Shown piece after piece: positions 47,856 to 61,653 of a stretch of 64,000 bases of DNA. Under the pieces are notes generated by a model that saw only the letters and a program-made list of their open reading frames with translations, was not told where the DNA came from and did not search any database. The stretch is from Botryllus schlosseri. Taxonomy: Eukaryota. The stretch spans positions 20,648,001 to 20,712,000 of the forward strand of contig CM119372.1 of NCBI GenBank assembly GCA_051294905.1, given 5' to 3'. Each line of letters starts with the position of its first letter. Within the stretch, counting starts at the first letter, position 1. The position numbers and the translations under genes are program-made.

Positions 47856-50765
47856 GTGAGTCTTCACAATATGATATGAATATTATATGCTGGTGTCGGT
47901 TCGCTGCTCAATTCTGCATTGCTGCAACGTGGATGTACTTAAAAGTTGATAAAACCTTCCTGAAATCCATCTTATTATACAATTTATTTAACAAAGCAGA
48001 TTAATTTGCTTTTTTTGTGATGCCACCGTGTTTGAATTTATTGTTGGTCGAATTTCAACGGTAACTCGACTCAATGTAACACTGGTTCTGATAACAGCAA
48101 GAGAGCATATCGCGAGGTGCAGTTAATTTAGTTCCACTTGGTGACCGACATAGCACTGGTCCTTCACTGCAACCACTGGTAAGAAATTACGCATTGGTTT
48201 GCAATAACCATGTGACTCGCGCTAATTGCTCTGGGCCGATATCCTACTCACCCGCTCATATCCATTTTATAATGGATTTTTTAGTGCACTATTACAGCAG
48301 ACTTATGCCGCTGATGTCATCAGCTCTCTGCTCTAGTGAAACAAAAATATGCTGGTCCAAGATAATCAGTGCCGAGGAGGCGAGGACTGTTAGAGATTTA
48401 TGACACAATGACCCATCCTTATGATTATGACGTCACCACGAAAAGGTGATAGCAGAAAAATGATGAATACACTTTGACGCCGACCAAACATAAAGTAGAT
48501 TCGGTCTGGTGGGAGATGCAATCATTATTTGAGAGTCATGTTATGTGATGTAATAATTTTTACATAATCAAATACAGTAGAATTGTGACAAACTGAATTA
48601 TTATTGCAATAACCTTTGCAACAACCTTTTGGAGTTTTCATTTGTGGTATTTCGATTTTCCACTCAGTTCATTCCACAGTCCACACTGACAGCCGTCATA
48701 TTCAATTGGAATTCTTAACTCCCTTGTGATATATGTCAATAATATTGTGCTTACAGTTATAGAAACGTACACAATCAATTAACATTGTCGAAGAAACTAA
48801 TGTCGGGCTTCGGTATCGACGTATCGGTATATCTTACCGCATTTGACCCGGTGCTTAACAAACGTCGTGGTACACAGTGTCGCGTCGTGACCTCGTCGGA
48901 TGCATGCTTCGTATAATACGTGCATCAGAGTTTTTGTTAGAACTAATTCCCGACACCTCCACGTAACGCCTAGCTGTGCCGAACGCAAAAGTCGTTTGGG
49001 GGCATTCATGATGTTAAAATGACTCGAGGCATCCACCGGAAGAGCCTAGATCTTGTATCGACACGGTTGCGTTCTGCAAGGTGTGGCCTTTCCGTGATTT
49101 TTAATCAGATATATTGACATCAAACGTTGTCGATAAGATGCGAGATTGTTACTAAATTCGGCTGTGAGCGTCGAAATCTATAGGCTCACATTTTAAAATT
49201 ATTCGGTTCACAAGCACCGCGTTCGGGAATTCGCGCGGCAACCAGTGTAATCTGATACTTCTTTGCGAATGCGAGACGTGAATTCGCTCCAGCGAGAGGA
49301 TGCCGAGAAAATAATTTCCGCGCGTTGCAAAGTTTTCGTATGATTTTCGAATTGCCCCCAGCCTTCATTACGTTAAAAATAACGAGATGAAACATAGGAT
49401 GATTCAGACGGCGCGTTGGCCTATTGTAAAATCTACTCCAGCTTCCCTCTGTAACGTGAGACAGCATTTCCAATACCACAAACAGGAAGAAAATGTAGGT
49501 CGATTGCCAACTGTGTCGAAACGCTTAAACGCGATGCCTGATCGGCGCAAAAGCTGGCGTGGTTATTCCTATAAATCTACGAAGTATGTATAGCTTTACG
49601 AAAACGTCTATTCACCGCACCATTTCGAATTTATTTTAACATTACCGTTGATTTTGTTGCGCATTATTGTGAAAATACCGCAGCGGGTAATTATTAAATA
49701 TATTTTTTAATCCATTGATTCAAATGCTGCATGAAAGTTAAGAGCTGCAATGAAACAGTTCTCCAAATACACTGTACACAAGGGCCAAGGAAACTAACCC
49801 CAAATAATCTAACTCAATTTGGTATAATCACCGTCTTCGCTCCTCGTATCAAAGTGCCATTGTGCGGTTACATAATTTGAGCTGCGCATCAAGTACATAG
49901 GATTTATGGCAAAGTTGTACTGTAAACCCGCAAGTTTATCTTTAACCGACAATACGATTCGGTAGCACTTGAACCAGCTTGACCCTAGGAGATATTAGAC
50001 GTGAGCTTGATAATGAATATCTTGCGTACTGACAATAGCACGATCACGTGATCGCATTCGCTCATTTCTCCGAAATTGTGTAATAACACGACGGGCGCCA
50101 ACGCCCGAGGGCGAGGCGTTCGGCCATTTGATTTCGATGGCAGATAGCTTTTGAGGTTAAAGTCTTGAATAAAATATCCGGTCGAGGTGCTTCGACTTCT
50201 GTGTGTGTAATTAGCGAGGAAATCTAATGCGATCAAATGGTCCCGTATAGCAAAAATATTGAAACGAAGAACTTCTTCTCGTCCCAATTACGGGCGGAGC
50301 TACGCGCTGAAATACGGATTTATGTCGAACTTGATCGGAATATTGTCGGCTTGCGTAATCTAATATGTAGGTTCATGTCTTGGTGGTCACATATGGCTTT
50401 GTTTTGGGTGGGGGTTTTACGTTTATCTCGATTATTGAGCATGGTTATGGGGATTTGGGCAAACGAAAAAAAGATCGTATTTTTTTTACAAATTGCCCAA
50501 TCGCGATCAAATTCGCAATGCGCGATGTCACGTAGGTCTTGTTACAAATGGTTTCTATCACTAAAAATCCTCCATCAGAATTAGTCACTGTTTCTAATAA
50601 TTTTAAGAATTCTTTCGATGACAGTTAGGAGGATGAATAACCACCGAAATCTCATTCAATCCTTGGAGATATTTTCGTTGGTATACTTCTTCTCTGTATG
50701 GAATGATTAGAAAACAGTCTGTTACTTTTTGGTCAAGGCAGCCTATATACTTATTAACTATAGTC

Positions 50766-51590
50766 CAGGGGTGGCCAACCTTTTTGCTATTCACGGAAGC
50801 ATTTCGAGTAGTCATGTAGCCTACGGCCGCATGCCGGGTCATAGTTCGTAATGAACAAACTGGACGCCAAATACCAAATTAAACTGTCCATGCCCATTTT
50901 AGGTGAGCTCCAGACTAACCTTATCTATTCATATCGGTTTACTAGATAGGCTACGCACCGAAATCGCGAGTGGTTATGTTATGAATAGATTCTTAATGGT
51001 CGCGCAAAGCGCGAAAAAATTTCAGATTCACGACTGTATTTTGTCAGTTCGCAGTTTCACATATTACTATCAAACATTTTTCCTTTCTCAGCCAATGTGA
51101 TAAGATTCCCCGGTAAAATTGATGGAGGGTGTGTTTTCGAAAATTTAGGGCAAGTTATAAATGATGATGTATCTACGGGTGGACCAATTGTGATAAGTCA
51201 CTTTGTTATTTCTTGACCTCCCATCAGGATTGGCGGTATATTGGAAAGATATCGAAATCACCCAAACGCACCATAGAAACAAATTTCTTTCGCGAGGAGG
51301 ACACGATTCCAAGTTTGTATTTCTATATGGGGCGCATCATTTTTCGTTGCTGTTTACATCTGTACTGTGGTGCTTAGGGTGCAAAGGACGCTGCAATATT
51401 ATAACCGAAAAATGAAGTCGCGTTGAATCGCGCGCAGCAGGAAGAAAAAAATTGATCAAAATCTCCTAAAAATGTATGAGTAAATTCGCCAATTCAATTT
51501 TCATGTCGACGGCCGCCAACACATTCTAATTGAAATACGCGTCCACGGCCGCACAAATTTTCTGCAGCGGCGGCAGGTAGGCCACCCCTG
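50766..51590. mobile_element. hAT MITE (CAGGGGTGGCC termini)
   Basis: TIR CAGGGGTGGCCAACC / GGTAGGCCACCCCTG; perfect TSD ctatagtc; partial homologue at ~8130-8916. Confidence 0.88.
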
Positions 51591-52997
51591 CTATAGTCCA
51601 TAGTATAGTTACTATATTGTAGGAGTTTTAACATGCAAAAGAAGATTGCCCACGTGGAAAGGTATATTTCCGTTTAGTTGTCAACACACCTCGTAGAAAC
51701 ACAATGCATTCACTGAGATCCGCCTATTATATATCACTGCAAACGACTCATTTCAACAAATTCCTTCATATTCTAATCTTATAATCGTTAATGATTGTCG
51801 TGACCCGAGATGACGTTCATTAATTACTTCTTCTTGTGAATAATTTTGCAGAGCTCTCGATAAGCCATCACGGTCCATTTTGTACGAACCCACTATATTT
51901 GTTCAGTCCCGATTCCGATGTGTGCAGATGTCACGATTATTCGGAGAGATCGTGGTATTTGAGTTACAATTTTAGGGGGAAACGCTTTTTCAGCTATGGC
52001 CTGTGGAATGAATACAATTCAATAGCTTTACTTACCACAAATATCATCATGTTTCAAGCTAACATACCCCCATAGACGCTCGAGAACAGGTACGAACTTG
52101 ATTGCTAATGTACCGAGATTCGTGTTGATATTGCAAGATTGTTCTCTATCCAAGTGTAATCTACAACATCATGCGTATTGACCGAATCACGAATGGCAGT
52201 ATAATCGGTTTTAATCACCTTGGTTCGGGATTAGCTTGTGCATATTTTTGGCCTATAGGATGAATATTAACAGCTACATGGCTGTCACTTCAATTCCTAT
52301 TGCACTTTGCACACGGTTAGAAACAGCCATGTAACGATGTGAGCCGTTGTCAGGGATGAAAACATGAAATGCAGGCGCCTGACTTGAATTTCATTCCAGA
52401 GGTATTGACACATTTGCGATCACAAATCCTATACAAACTGACAGTCAACATTCGGCGTACTTGTTTTCCCTCAGATTCTGTAGCCGCGAGCTGAATAAGC
52501 ACGTATCAATTTGTCATCGTTTAACCTACAGAGAGATCGTGGCCGAAATGTGTAGAAATTGTGGCCAGTTTCAGAGCAAATGTTGTAAAGTGAAGGGACT
52601 GCCAGCAGATGTTGGTGTGAGAAGTCTTTACAAAACTGCTGTAAAATGTTGCATTGCCGCCAATTACTTGCATCCTCAATGTTCAATGACTTATTGAAAG
52701 CTCTATCGATTGAGAACATACTGTTGCTGTTTCGAAGATTGCTACAGTATTTTATGTCTGATTAAACTACAGATTATTCGAATCAACTTTTGTGATCAAC
52801 TGTCCGCGTGCGCGTCCCATTTAAACATGGTCATTGTTTGTGATTGTGACTGTCGCCAGAGTATAGGTGTTGGACTGATTGACTTTGCCAAATCTTTCCT
52901 ACATTTTCGTTGCATCGCAATCTTGCAATGTTTTAAATTGATGGAATACGAATAAAAATGATTGATTGACAATGGTCATAATATCCATTTCCTCAAG

Positions 52998-53183
52998 GTG
53001 ACTCCGAAGAATACCTGGGCCGCCCGCATATGTGCGAAACCTGCGGGAAACGATTCACGCTATTGGAAAACTTGAATCGGCATCAGATGATCCACACTAA
53101 CGAAAGACCATACGTTTGCAATTATTGCAACAAGAAATTTCGACTCGCCCAACACCTGAAGGAGCACATTCGCATTCACACCG
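52998..53183 (+). CDS. C2H2 zinc-finger transcription factor, exon with fingers 1-2 (GDSEEYLGRPHMCETCGKRFTLLENLNRHQMIHTNERPYVCNYCNKKFRLAQHLKEHIRIHT)
   Basis: Two canonical C2H2 fingers with a TNERPY linker; acceptor tttcctcaag|, donor CCG|gtaagt; 186 nt, phase 1-1. Not in the ORF track. Confidence 0.93.
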
Positions 53184-54627
53184 GTAAGTGCTGAACAGGG
53201 GTTTGTGACATTATTTGCCGTCAGGTGGCAGTGTTATGTCAACAGCGGACGAGTTCATAGTCCAAGTCTGCACGCGTGGTGGATTATCTGTTTCAAATTG
53301 GCCAATAGAGCAATGCACAGATTTTTAAAAAATTACGAACCTTTCCGCAGTGATTTTCGCAAAAAATAGATAATACGTGTAATTGACAGGCTTGTGACAT
53401 ATTATATTTGATCATCTGGTGAGGATTTTGACATATCGACTTCGTCCGCAGCTCTTGCCGACCCAGACATATGTACCTTCATTTTCTTTGCTCGCACATT
53501 TAATGCTAGCTTCCTGCTTCTCTTTTGGTGTACAATACACGTGCATCGTGCATGCATGCCTTATTACAAAACCTTTCTTCAATTTTCATTGCTAGCAATG
53601 AGCCCTGGTGTGTCTTTGATTGATAGACTTTACAAACTTATTTAGATCTTTCATATTCTTTGGTTTTATCGCGATCTTATGGTATTTTCAGTTGGTAAAT
53701 AGATAGTGGAGTGGTTGCTTGAGTCCTTGAACAGGTGATGTACACTACATTCTTAGAACCAATACTTGCTAACTATGTATTTACGAAATAGTCGAAAATT
53801 ATTGAAAGTTTCGGCAGCTTGATAACAACACCTGGAGATTATATGGGAAATCTCTCTTTCTAGTTCCAAGATTGCCACATTTCATATGACCCTCTATGTT
53901 GTCCAAAGACGTATGGCACAAATTCAGCAATGTATATCGAATTGTTATATGTACCGTAACAACACCAATCTGTTGACGTATGAAAATATTTCAGAGATGC
54001 GATGGGATATAGGGCAAAGCTCGACAGAGTTTGCACAATAGAATTATTCTAGGGCCTTCTTATGTCGGATAAAAACACCGATTGCCATGATGAACCCGCG
54101 CGACTCTTTTCAATGGCCTAGTTGCGCATGAACAGCGTTGCTGAAAACTATTGATCCGAACAAAATTTCGAAGACCCAATTGACCGAACCATAGCGGGAA
54201 AAAGGCTTCTTTGCCACAGGCTCTTCGCGAAGTAGGTATCGTTAAGTACTTCACTTCGAGAAATATGTAAAAGGAGACGACTAAAGCTGCGTTACTGAAG
54301 CGTAGAGTTATCTAGTTATTAGGTGAACTTTATTTGTTCGTGAGCCAATTCTGTCGCATTTCCCCATCGAAGACACACATACAATTCAATCAACCGATTC
54401 ACCTATGATGACGCACGGGCACGGCCATCTAATCAGCACTTTGCATGGTGTTGAATAGAACAATATCTCGCTTAGAGATGCACGGGATTGTTTGTATAAG
54501 ATTTTGGATTCTTAAAGGACAGAAATCTGGCAAACTTTTCTGATACAGGATTGGATCAGGGTTTACATTTTCGCCCCGTTGCCGCGTCCGGATCAGGACA
54601 GGGTTCTAAATTTCTAGTGCACGGAAG

Positions 54628-54889
54628 CAGAGGTGGTCAAAGTAGTCACCCTCGCTATTCAGGTAAAAGTAGAAATAACGCCGGAATTTTTACTCAATTA
54701 GAAGAAGGAGTGGTGGTTCACAAGTAAGTAAGTAGGCATTCTACGCCTATCTTTGCCTAAAAAACTTGAAACTGTCACGTAGAAGTACAAGTAGTCTAAA
54801 ATCATAACTACTTAATAACTAGTGCAAGTAGGCAAAATCTACTTCAAGTGCTATAAAAATTAGAAGTACTTCGTTACTGACCACCTCTG
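54628..54889. mobile_element. hAT MITE (CAGAGGTGGTCA termini, AAGTA repeats)
   Basis: TIR CAGAGGTGGTCA / TGACCACCTCTG; TSD cacggaag / catggaag. Confidence 0.85.
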
Positions 54890-55032
54890 CATGGAAGTGA
54901 CTTTCTGTTTGTTTGCTTGGCCGTGTTTTTTATGAACTTGAACTCGGCTGGTTTCTGCATTGCACCACGGTGTCGAAAACTCCAATACATTACTGAGGTA
55001 TAATTAGAAAAAGGTAGACTAAAGATGCAATA

Positions 55033-58000
55033 GGGCAATTCCCTGCACAGACAACCGATGTTCCCACCACTACCTCTCCAAATCTCCTGAAAGTTGGTAC
55101 ACTAACAGATGAGCTAATTCCAAACAGGATGAACTTGATTTTATGAAAATTGGACTTGGGGGCCAAAAGTTACGTCACTTTGAAAATTGACAATTTTCTG
55201 CTCATTTCAGGTCTGCACTTTCAGGTTTTATCAATGCAATATTCAAGAAGGTGTAGCTAGATGTTAGACGACAGTTGAGATACGGTACTTGGATTTATCT
55301 GAAGCTTGTCTGATCGTCTATATTTCCAAGTAAAATTTAATGCCCGCTAGGTTAGGGCCAAAGGTTAAATTGAGGGGGAATTTGGTCAATGGTCTAAAAT
55401 CAGTCAGGCGTTACACGATTTAGACTGCGGATTGCTCAAAAACATATTAAAATATTTTGGAAAATAGGATCTTAAATGAAAGTTTGCTTCAAGGAGACTT
55501 CGTTCATAGCTGTTTGATTTTGGCTATTAGACTGTAAAGTGATGAAATTGCAGTTTCAAGAGCACACTTCATTTGCACATAGAAATGCAGTAGTAGTAGG
55601 GTGCGTTCGGACATCGAGTCTGGGGTGTGTGTGGACATCATGTCTGGGATGTGTTCCGACATCATGTCTTGGTTGTGTTCGGACTGTGTTGCCATTAAAA
55701 CGTAGTGTCTGGGGTGAGTTCGTACTGTTTTGCCCCTCGGACATCGTGTCTGGGGTGGGTTCAGACAGTTTTGCAACTCGGACATCGGGCCGAGGGTGTG
55801 TTCGGAATGTGTTGCCATTCGGACATCGTGTCTAGGGCGCGTTCGGACATCATGTCAGGGGTGTGTTGCTACTCGGGCATCGTGTCTGAGGGGGCTCGGA
55901 CATCATGCCTGGAGTGTGTTAGGATTGTGTTGTCAATTGGACATCGTGTCTGGATATTTTTGTGCTGCGCCAGATATGCCTCAGACCTGATATCTGCGCA
56001 CAATTCTTATCCAGACATGCTCCGGAGCTGGTGCCTGCGTACTAAATACCTTCAGGCATTGTCCGAAACGGATATCTGCTCACTTAGTGGACACAGACAT
56101 ACGTCAGACGTGATACCCGCGTACTAAACGACGCGTGACCTATATATGACCTCTTTATTTGCGGTTTTTGCTTATTTCTGCGAGAGCTGGGTATATTCAC
56201 AGTAGTGATAGCTGAGTATATCCACATCCACAGTAGTGATAGCTGAGTATATCCACAGCTATCACTACTCTGGATATACTCACCTCAACTATCACAGATA
56301 ACACTACTGCAGATGTGGAAATACTCAGCTATCGCTACAGTGGATATACTCAGCTATCGCAGATATCAACAAAAACCGCAAATATAGAGGTCATAGGTCA
56401 AACGTCGTTTAGGACGCGGGCATCACGTCCGACGCATGTCTATGTCTATTAAGTGCGCAGATATCCGGTTTGGACCATGCCTGGGGGTATTTAGCACACA
56501 GGTATCAGCTCCGGAGCATGTCCGGATAAAAATAGTGCGCAGATATCAGGTCTGAGGTGTTCGGATTGTTTTGCTACTCGGACATCGTGTCTTGGGGGTG
56601 TTCAGATATTATGTCTTGGGTGTGTTCGGACTGTTTCGCAACGCGGACATCGTATCTGGGGGGAATTCGGATTGTGCTGTCACTCGGACTTCGTGTCTGG
56701 AAGGTGTTCGGACATCATGCCTGTGGTGTGTCCGGACTGTGTTGTTACTCAGACATCGTGTCTGGGATATGTTTGTGATGCGCCAAACATGCCTCAGACC
56801 TGATATCTGCCACTATTTTAATCTGGACAGTGGACATGCGTCGTAGCTCTTACCTGCGCACCAAATACCCCCAGACATATTCCGAATCTGATATCTGCGG
56901 GCTCAAGGGACACATACATGCGTCAGACGTGATACCCGCGTCCTAAACGACATTTGACCAATATATGACCTCTATATTTGCTGTTTTTGCTGATATCTGC
57001 AATTGCTGGGTATATCTACAGCAGTGATAGCTGAGTATATCCACAGTAGTGATAGCTGGGGATGTACTCAGCTATCACTACAGTAAATTTGGATATACTC
57101 AGCTACCACTACTGTGGATATACCTAGCTATCGCAGATATCAGCAAAAACGCGTCGTTTAGGACGCGGGCATCACGTCTGACGCATGTCTGTGTCCAGAT
57201 ATTCGTTTCGGACAATGCCTGAAGGTATTTAGTGCGCAGGCATCAGCTCCGGAGCACGTCTGGATAAAAATAGTGCGCAGATATCAGGTCTGGGGCATAT
57301 CTGGCGCAGCACAAAAATATCCAGACACGATGTCCAATTGACAACACAATCCTAATACACTCCAGGCATGATGTCCGAGCCCCCTCAGACACGATGCCCG
57401 AGTAGCAACACACCCCTGACATGATGTCCGAACACGCCCTAGACACGATGTCCGAATGGCAACACATTCCGAACACACCCTCGGCCCGATGTCCGAGTTG
57501 CAAAACTGTCTGAACCCACCCCAGACACGATGTCCGAGGGGCAACACAGTCCGAACACATCCAAGACATGATGTCGGAACACATCCCAGACATGATGTCC
57601 ACACACACCCCAGACTCGATGTCCGAACGCACCCTACTACTACTGCATTTCCATGTGCAAATGAAGTGTGCTCTTGAAACTGCAATTTCATCACTTTACA
57701 GTCTAATAGCCAAAATCAAACAGCTATGAACGAAGTCTCCTTGAAGCAAACTTTCATTTAAGATCCTATTTTCCAAAATATTTTAATATGTTTTTGAGCA
57801 ATCCGCAGTCTAAATCGTGTAACGCCTGACTGATTTTAGACCATTGACCGAATTCCCCCTCAGTTTAACCTTTGGCCCTAACCTACAGGGCATTAAATTT
57901 TACTTAGAAATATAGACGATCAGACAAGCTTCAGATAAATCCAAGTGCCGTATCTCAACTGTCGTCTAACATCTAGCTACACCTTCTTGAATATTGCATT

Positions 58001-58200
58001 GATAAAACCTGAAAGTGCAGACCCGAAATGAGCAGAAAATTGTCAATTTTCAAAGTGACGTAACTTTTGACCCCCAAGTCCAATTTTCATAAAATAAAGT
58101 TCATCCTGTTTGGAATTAGCTCATCTGTGCGTGTACCAAATTTCAGGAGATTTGGAGAGGTAGTGGTGGGAACATCGGTTGTCTGTGCAGGGAATTGCCC
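55033..58200. mobile_element. Foldback element with ~1.1-kb terminal inverted repeats, Sola2-like, non-autonomous
   Basis: GGGCAATTCCCTGCACAGAC... / ...GTCTGTGCAGGGAATTGCCC; arms ~55033-56135 and ~57150-58200 are near-identical; 4-bp TSD aata; internal ~21-22 bp minisatellite (TCGGACATC.TGTCTGGGG); no transposase. Confidence 0.88.
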
Positions 58201-59967
58201 AATAGTTTCTCAACCTTGAGCAGTATTTTTTGGATCCGGATTTGATCAGTATTGATTGAACAAGATTGGATCGGTATCCCGAAAAGCCTTGGTCCGTATA
58301 CATATTTACTCACGCGAATTGTCAAGAAAATACAAACTATAACACCGCAGGGGAAAATAATTCACGACACATTAAATGCCAAGATCGCAGTTGCAAACGG
58401 CGCCACTTGTTGTCCCAAGGGTAACAAAATGTCAAAACGTTATACTGCTATAACCCGCAAGGGGGTGAACGTATTTCATCATATGACACATACTTTTTGA
58501 TCGCAAATCTCATCAAATTGCTGCGTAAAGTGCATGTACCATATATCAGGTGTCATTCCCATTACTATAGCCAGGCGCGGTATTGTTTTGTTATCATTGT
58601 ATGACATCGTCTGATATTTTCTTTGTTTTAATTCTTGTTTCATATCCGGAAAACTACCCTGACGTTATACTACGTTTATACCGGGGTTTCATGTACGTTA
58701 CGCCAATCATACGTGTAACATAGCATTAGAGTTATGACTTGAGTATTTCTTGTTAATGTACGCTACACTCCTCGATCCCACCCTTCGGAGCTCCGACTAC
58801 AATATTTATAAGCGAATATTTAAAGCGTTGACGTGCTAGCCATTTATAAGCTGCTAAAATATAATTAGTTGATGCATGCGTAGATTACATACCAATCCAT
58901 GAACCTTGCTGAACCAGGCGATGATATACGACGTCGTGTTCGCGCGTATTGATTGACACGAGTGCATTTGAGGCGAATCTGCACGTAACGGGGATTTACT
59001 GAAATGTAGATCAATTGTTTCAATGGTCGTGTAAGCACATAAAACTGGACGCAACCATATACGGTGTGGATTATCATTTCGCTGCAGCTATTTTCGTGCG
59101 GTTACGCAAGACAACAAACAATCCGGCTCTCAGCGTGACATTTGACATTTCGAGAGCAGCGTTCTTGAGGATTAGCGATGTTGTGCTGGCCTAGATAAAC
59201 ATATATTTGCTGGTTAGCCAATGCATGGATGAATATTCATGCTGCAGCAGCTTACAGATATGTATGAGAAGCATAAAGCGATCATGCACAAGCAAAAAGG
59301 AAAATACATAACCCCGAAGTATCGCAAGAAACATAAAAAGTATATATAACGTATATTCGTTTAAACATGAATTTAATACCTTGCTACCTGAATTATTTGG
59401 TATCAGTTGCATTTCCATTTCCGGTTTTATTCAATTCCATTTTTTTAAAAATTATATGGATGAAGAGGTGAGTATTCGGCTTGCCATTGCATGCTTATAA
59501 GCGTAAGTTTCTTTTGGTGTTTAACTACCACTGGATAGTAATTCGTTAATGTGCACTGTGCATGTACACTGTACAGTTGTACACTGTACAGGCGTATACT
59601 TGCTTACACGAATTTCAACAAACAATAACTTCAATTCTGAAGTTTTGTATTCCAAACGGCTCGTTTATGAATAGCAGTACCATGGCAAATCAAAATGTGT
59701 GGCCCGTCATATGATAATGCGACACAATGAGAAACAAGAGAGCAGCATGCGCCACTTTATCATGCGTCACTTTGACGTGTGGTTCACAATCCCTAAACTT
59801 ACCCTAACCCCACCCTAAACCCGAAAGCAATCCTTATATATATCCTAACCACAAACCTAGCCTTTACCCAGTCCTTAATCTAATTGAACCATACCCATCC
59901 TTAACACTAGATTTTACCCCCATGCCGTAGCGTCGCATACTATTTTGTCGCATGCTCTTATGTCCAT

Positions 59968-60621
59968 TAGGGCTCTTCAAAAATGACTTTTTTTCTCAAA
60001 TCGCACTGGCTACTTGATCAAAATTGTTAGGTTACCTAATTTAAGCCTACACATCAAATTTGGTTCAATTCTAACAAGTAGCCGCATTGCTACAGGAGAA
60101 GAAAGTTTCTATATATTATATAAAAGTAAATAACAAAAAATTTGAAAATTTTCTGTTCACCCCGTGAATGTGTTAGGTTGTCTATAGAAACGATGTTCAC
60201 CAAATTTGTTTGAATTCCAACCAGTAAAAGCGGAGTTGTTGCCGTCGAAAAATTTAAATTTGAATAAAATAGTATTTACGGTGGGCACCACTATGATAAA
60301 TAATTAAAGAAATGGTCACTGTAGATACTATTTTATTCATAATCCAAATTTGTCGAGGGCGATAACTCCGCTTCCACTATTTGGAATTGAACCAAATTTG
60401 GTGAACATCGATTCTATAGACAACCTAACACTTTCATGGGGTGAACAAATTTTTTGTTATTTACTTTTATATAATAAATAGAAACTTTCTTCTCCTGTGG
60501 CAATGCGGCTACTGGTTGGAATTAAACCAAATTTTGTGTGTAGGCTTAAATTAGGTAACCTAACAATTTTATCAAGCAGCCAGTGCGATTTGAGAAAAAA
60601 AGTCATTTTTGAAGAACCCTA
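59968..60621. mobile_element. Palindromic MITE with ~270-bp inverted arms and 8-bp TSD
   Basis: TAGGGCTCTTCAAAAATGAC / GTCATTTTTGAAGAACCCTA; perfect TSD atgtccat. Confidence 0.88.
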
Positions 60622-61321
60622 ATGTCCATGGACCATCAAAACTTCCGAAGTTTTACCAAATGAACCTATGACTATAAAGCCATCATTTTCAACACCTTAT
60701 GAAACAAGGGAGGACTTTTTGAATACCGGCAGTGATGTTGACCGACTGATGTCGTGAATATGCAGCCGGGGCCTACGATACTTATATAGATATACTTAAA
60801 TATCGTAGGCCGCGATGCAGCCAATTCCATTCAGTAGTCATACCTGGAAAAATTATACTCCCTCTGCTAGTCAAATAACACACCAAGCACCTGTGCCCCT
60901 AGGTTATCTAAGTAAATCATTCGATTTTAAACTGTTTACAGTCGCCGAACAGTTCGGCCATTTACTTTACCGCGCAATAAAATGTAAATGAAAATCGCGC
61001 TCTTCGCCGATTTCCACCATAGCGTAGAGTGCAAAACTGATAAACGGCACTTTTTAGTGCCCAACTTCGGTTTCCCATCCGTTCCAGTGGGTAAAAACAA
61101 GTCAAATGCACCATTTCTTACGAAGATGCTCATGTTACCGATTACAGAACCCACTGCACCCATCTCCGTAACCATTTTATGTATTTGACTCGTTTTCACC
61201 CATCGGAGAGGGTGTGACAGCAAAACTTGATACCAAGAATCACCACCTATGGCTCTCATGTCTCTAACGTGTACTTTGTTCCGAATAACACGTCGACCAT
61301 AAATCCAAATTCTTCCCGCAG

Positions 61322-61653
61322 GAGAGAAACCGTACAAATGCAAAACGTGCGGTCGCGCGTTCTGCCAAATCTCCAACCTGAAATCGCACGAGAAGACGCA
61401 CACCAAAATCAAAGCGTTCAAATGCGACATATGCAGCAAGTGCTTCCGCCGCGCGTTCACTCTCAAGCAGCACAAGCTCACGCACACCAAAGGCTCGACG
61501 CAGTCCGACACACAAGCGACCGTTAACAAAAGCATGCCAAACTCGGTTTATCGCCCGTTTGTGAGAAAGCAAAACTCGCCGAATCACCTTCTCGAACTCG
61601 CCGAGCACGCTATGCACCGCCGTCGTTCGTTGGGCGACTCGAGACCCAGCCAG
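61322..61653 (+). CDS. C2H2 zinc-finger transcription factor, exon with fingers 3-4 (GEKPYKCKTCGRAFCQISNLKSHEKTHTKIKAFKCDICSKCFRRAFTLKQHKLTH...RPSQ)
   Basis: Acceptor ttcttcccgcag|; restores the TGEKPY linker across the intron; donor CAG|gtatgc; 332 nt, phase 1 to phase 0. Confidence 0.93.

Noticed and set aside
55504..57694. Cys-rich repetitive ORFs (CVRTSCLG...)
   Set aside because: Translations of the minisatellite in the foldback arms, open on both strands and in several frames.
59456..59473. ATG GAT GAA GAG|gtgagt micro-exon (MDEE)
   Set aside because: Phase 0 is incompatible with the next zinc-finger exon (phase 1), and no partner exon was identified.
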